From positions 91,635,905 to 91,699,904 of the forward strand of contig JARDVH010000132.1 of the NCBI GenBank assembly GCA_030324005.1: a stretch of DNA of 64,000 nucleotides. The letters run 5' to 3'. Below, piece after piece: positions 59,991-64,000 of the stretch. The first letter of the stretch is position 1; each line of letters starts with the position of its first letter. The notes beneath the pieces are model-generated. The model saw nothing but the letters and a program-made list of their open reading frames with translations. It was not told the origin of the DNA and did no database searches. Source of the DNA: Negaprion brevirostris. Taxonomy: Eukaryota. The position numbers were made by a program, and so were the translations under genes.

Positions 59991-62900
59991 TTCACTTTTA
60001 CATTCTCACAGTAGCCTTTTTTTTGGTTAGAGGAGGGAGGGAAACACTAATGCATTGTTTTGGACTTCCCGCTCCTTGACACCAGATTTTCTGCTTCCCA
60101 CTCCTTCATAGATGTTGCTGAGCCAACTTCTCCCAGAATGCACTAGTGAAGTCCTTCAGCCACCTCTACCGCCTCTGTCTGTGACACCTTCTTTCAGACA
60201 TGCTTGTGTTGAAAACTGTATTTGCAGCAGTAAAGTCAGCCCTTCACAATTACTGTGCAAATTCCAGTTCCTGTTCCAGCTCACGTGAAATATGCTCCTC
60301 ACCATGTGTCACTTTATCGAACTGAGAATCTGGACCCATTAAGATGTGTGTATCTGTGCTGGTGGAGGATGCGCGAGAGTCATCTAATTATGTTTTCTCA
60401 GAGTGTTAGTCCTCTATGGCCAATAGCCTCCTCCTCAACTCCTGCATTTGCTCTGGCAATGCACCAATACAAAATGAAATATTTAAGCTTTAGCGTCATA
60501 GAGAGGAAATATGGTTCCTAGTTAGCAAGGGTCAGATCATGACAGTTAATTTGTTGGTGAGATTGATTCATTATGAGTGACAGCCAAGTGCCAGGTGGCA
60601 TCATGATATCTAATGGTGCCACCAGTTCTCTGGACCACCCCACCTTTCCATTGCCAATAGCCCACACTGCTGCCATCCTGCCAATAACCAGGATATCCTC
60701 CATCATCCCAACAAGGCTCATATGGCCTTGGCTCCACTCCCAGTTCTCTGCCTCTCCCTGGAAATGTGGGCTCTCCTCCTATCATGAGAAAAGCCAAAGG
60801 GCACAATTTTATTGGCCGTTCACATCACACTCCTACTGCAATGAGTCAGAGAATTTGGTGCCCAGCGAAATCTCCATTCACTGCAGTGGGATGAGAAAAT
60901 GCAGAGGTGGATTACTAATTAGTTTGTTCTGGGAAAGAGCAGCCACAAGGTTCACAGATGTAAGTCAGGGAGTCAGATTCACAAGGCAGGAATGGTTCCT
61001 TTGTTGCTGCAGGAACTAATCTGGTAAGATTCATGTCCGAATAGCTAACTAATACTAAATAATAGCACTACTTCACCTTTCACTGAAGTGTTAAATTATA
61101 TGCTCACATCTTTGGACTGGCAGCAGAAATAATTAAAACAAGTTGCACGTTGGAGGAAGATTTGACATTCCTGAATGTCAATACTGACAACAGAGGCGGT
61201 GGGAGTGATTTTTCCCAGATGTCTTGAGCACTAAAGAAGTAGGCAAGTTGGGACCTTAAGCTGCAACAGTGGTTTGGACCACATTTAGTGCTAAGTGCGG
61301 TCTTAGTAAAAGAGTTGCATGTGTTAGGGACAGCTGCCCAGAGGATCATTTAGGGCTGATTGACAACTAAATTACCCTCTCACTCTCATCAGAGACTGCA
61401 AGACATTTTGGTGGGTAACGCTTCATTTAACAACTTCTCATAACAGCAACCAGCTGAATAGCAATAAACAAGTTATTGCTGAGGATCTCAAATGCTGCTT
61501 AAAGCCACGCTCAGCTTTCAGTGCTCACTTGCTGATTGAGATTGACTGACTGCACTGTGTTTGAAGATGACTTTTGTGGCACATCAGCAGACTTTCCGAG
61601 ACACATTGTGAAGACTTCAGCAACACTCTATTAACACGTTTTCATGAAATTCTCTCAGAAAATTCTCTCACCACTTAAAAAGGTTTAGTTAACCATATTG
61701 GGCACATTGTAGGAGAACCAGGAGGAGAAAAGGTGTGTTTTCTCAGGCAGAGTAGTGCAGTAAAGTGAGACAGACTCCCTCCATCCTGCAGGAATAGGAC
61801 ATCACTCTTGCTCTGGATGTCCTCCAACAGAACGTCTATTATTGCAGCCGAGAACCTGTGCACCCTTTTGTTCACTCCCTGGACCATCATAAAAAATGGG
61901 GCTGTGTGTCTGTCAGCACACTCTGCACTTNNNNNNNNNNNNNNNNNNNNNNNNNNNNNNNNNNNNNNNNNNNNNNNNNNNNNNNNNNNNNNNNNNNNNN
62001 NNNNNNNNNNNNNNNNNNNNNNNNNNNNNNNNNNNNNNNNNNNNNNNNNNNNNNNNNNNNNNNNNNNNNNNNNNNNNNNNNNNNNNNNNNNNNNNNNNNN
62101 NNNNNNNNNNNNNNNNNNNNNNNNNNNNNNNNNNNNNNNNNNNNNNNNNNNNNNNNNNNNNNNNNNNNNNNNNNNNNNNNNNNNNNNNNNNNNNNNTTCT
62201 AACACCTGCCATGAAAAACAGCCTATTGGCCAACTCAATCTAGGATTAACCCAAGAACAGCCACTTTAACAAAGTTTCAGAAATGATCAATAACCATGGG
62301 TCAGTAACTCAGCTTGATAAAATTTGGGAAGAATGGGCTGTTGAGTGGAGACAAAATATTGCACTAGGTTTCTTTAGCTCATCAAATGCACTAAAGAATT
62401 AGTGGTGTATCATTGATTAGTGATGATAAAAGTCATTGTTTTTTGATAAGTGGTTAATATTTCCAGACTTATCCAAATGATAGTAATCAGCAAGTGGGAC
62501 AAACATGTACTAAAACCAAGCTTTCAAAGAGGCATGTTTTATCAGCATAGTGCCTACTCATATGGTTTCACCTCTTTACCAAAATAACCCCGTGCATTAT
62601 AAATGTGAGAATAACTGTTGATTGGGAATGACAATGTATGATATGATTAGTAAAACTCTGATGAAAGAATTGTTCTCTACATGACTTTGTGATTTATTCA
62701 ATAAGTATCTCACCCGTACAGAACAGGAATGTGCTAAGTTCAGTTCTTGCAGTGTGCTGAGTCAGCTGGTCTCAGATGAGGATGCACTAGGGCAGCACAA
62801 TTGATCTCAGCAACATAGGTAGTGAAGAAGAAAATTGGCTGGATTTTACACTATTTGTCACTATTCTGGTGGTCTGTGGTCTCTGAAAAATAGTGTGCAC

Positions 62901-63824
62901 ATGAGCATTGATAACAGCATTGTGCTCAGTGCAATGTTTCCCACAAGTGAATAGCCTGCCAACACTCACTGCCAAGAATATAAGAGACCAAGAATGTCAA
63001 AAGGTTGGTTTTGTTATAATTATCCCATTACAGAATCCAGCTGTGTTGGAGCATCCTTGTTTTTTTTCCTACAACTTTATCATTCACAGCTGGAAGTAAA
63101 TAAGTTCTTCCTAATGTACTAATAAGTTTTAAATTACTTTTGAAACTTTGGTGCTAATTTCTTGTCTTACTGAGAAGCAATATTCAGGGTTTTGTTTATC
63201 CATACCTTTTCAATATTTAATGTACCATGATCAGCTTCTTTTTAGTTGCCTTTTCTGTATGCTGCAAAGTTTGTTGCTCTCTAAGCTTTGCTCATAGCTC
63301 TTCTTCTTAATACTTGGATCAGTCATTTTTTTTGTGGTGAAATGACTATAAATGGACATTACAACTCAAGGTTCTTTCTGACAAATACTCTTAAAAATCC
63401 TGGAATAGTACCTGGAGATCTTTCCTTTGCTGCTCCACCTGCATATTTTTGCAGTCAATTAAATTTTTAAAGTGAAATAATTGTCCTTTGAATTATACCT
63501 TAAGATGTCTCTCAGAAACATTACAAAGCAGTTCAAACTAAAAATAAATTACCTTGAAGTGTTGTTGTGCTGCAAGACAGGATAACCATTTTACACAAAA
63601 CGGGAGTCTCAAAAGCACTAATAAGATAAATAAGAAAAAAACTGCTCATATTGTTGCTTAAGGAAGGAAGTTGGTCAGAGAACTCTCGGCTCTTTAAATA
63701 ATTCCCCAGGTCTGTTAATGTTCAGAAGTAATGGAACAAACAGACAGCATCTCAGGTTAAAATTCCATCTGAAGGATGATGCTTCCATCAAGGTGACACT
63801 CTGTTATTATTGCACCACTGTATC

Positions 63825-64000
63825 ATCAAGGGCATTTTTCACACTAACTTCATTGCAGTGTTAATATAAGCTTACTTTTTTTAAAAGTTTATTTATTAGT
63901 CATGAGTAACTAACACTGCAATGAAGTTATTGTGAAATTCCCCAAATTGCCACATTCCAGCACCTGTTTGGGTCAATGCACCTAACCAGCAGATCTTTTG
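63825..64000. mobile_element. Two SINE/LINE 3' tails arranged tail to tail
   Basis: Perfect 19-bp inverted repeat: taacttcattgcagtgtta (63845-63863) and taacactgcaatgaagtta (63911-63929). The minus-strand copy runs off the window end. Confidence 0.6.

Noticed and set aside
60255-61500. ORFs of 67-148 aa and a faint resemblance to Deu-domain SINEs
   Set aside because: No recognisable protein motif or splice structure, and the similarity is too weak to call by eye.

Overview
Vertebrate genomic DNA, most likely from a cartilaginous fish (shark), judging by the Hox protein sequences and repeat families. The window holds the 3' (anterior) end of the HoxA cluster on the + strand: HoxA4 (start codon lost in an N-gap), HoxA3, HoxA2 and HoxA1, each with two coding exons split by a phase-1 intron between the hexapeptide and the homeodomain. 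Recognisable cis-elements include three DR5 retinoic-acid response elements, the Hox4 intronic HB-1 block, the Hoxa3 r5/r6 enhancer, the Hoxa2 r3/r5, r4 and r2 enhancers, and miR-10 and miR-99/100 seed sites. Bases 1 to about 42,200 are CpG-retaining and almost free of transposons; beyond that the sequence is a CpG-poor mosaic of decayed CR1, L2, Penelope, Gypsy and SINE copies. The best leads are a HOTAIRM1-like antisense first exon at the HoxA1 promoter, three in-frame HoxA1 splice donors spaced exactly 18 nt apart, a Hoxb1-like DR2 downstream of HoxA1, repeated E-box plus donor modules upstream of HoxA3, and a palindromic Penelope-derived insert with decayed hammerhead-like motifs in the HoxA3 intron. 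I see no convincing wholly new biological system. Comparisons to mammalian sequences are from memory and need checking by alignment.
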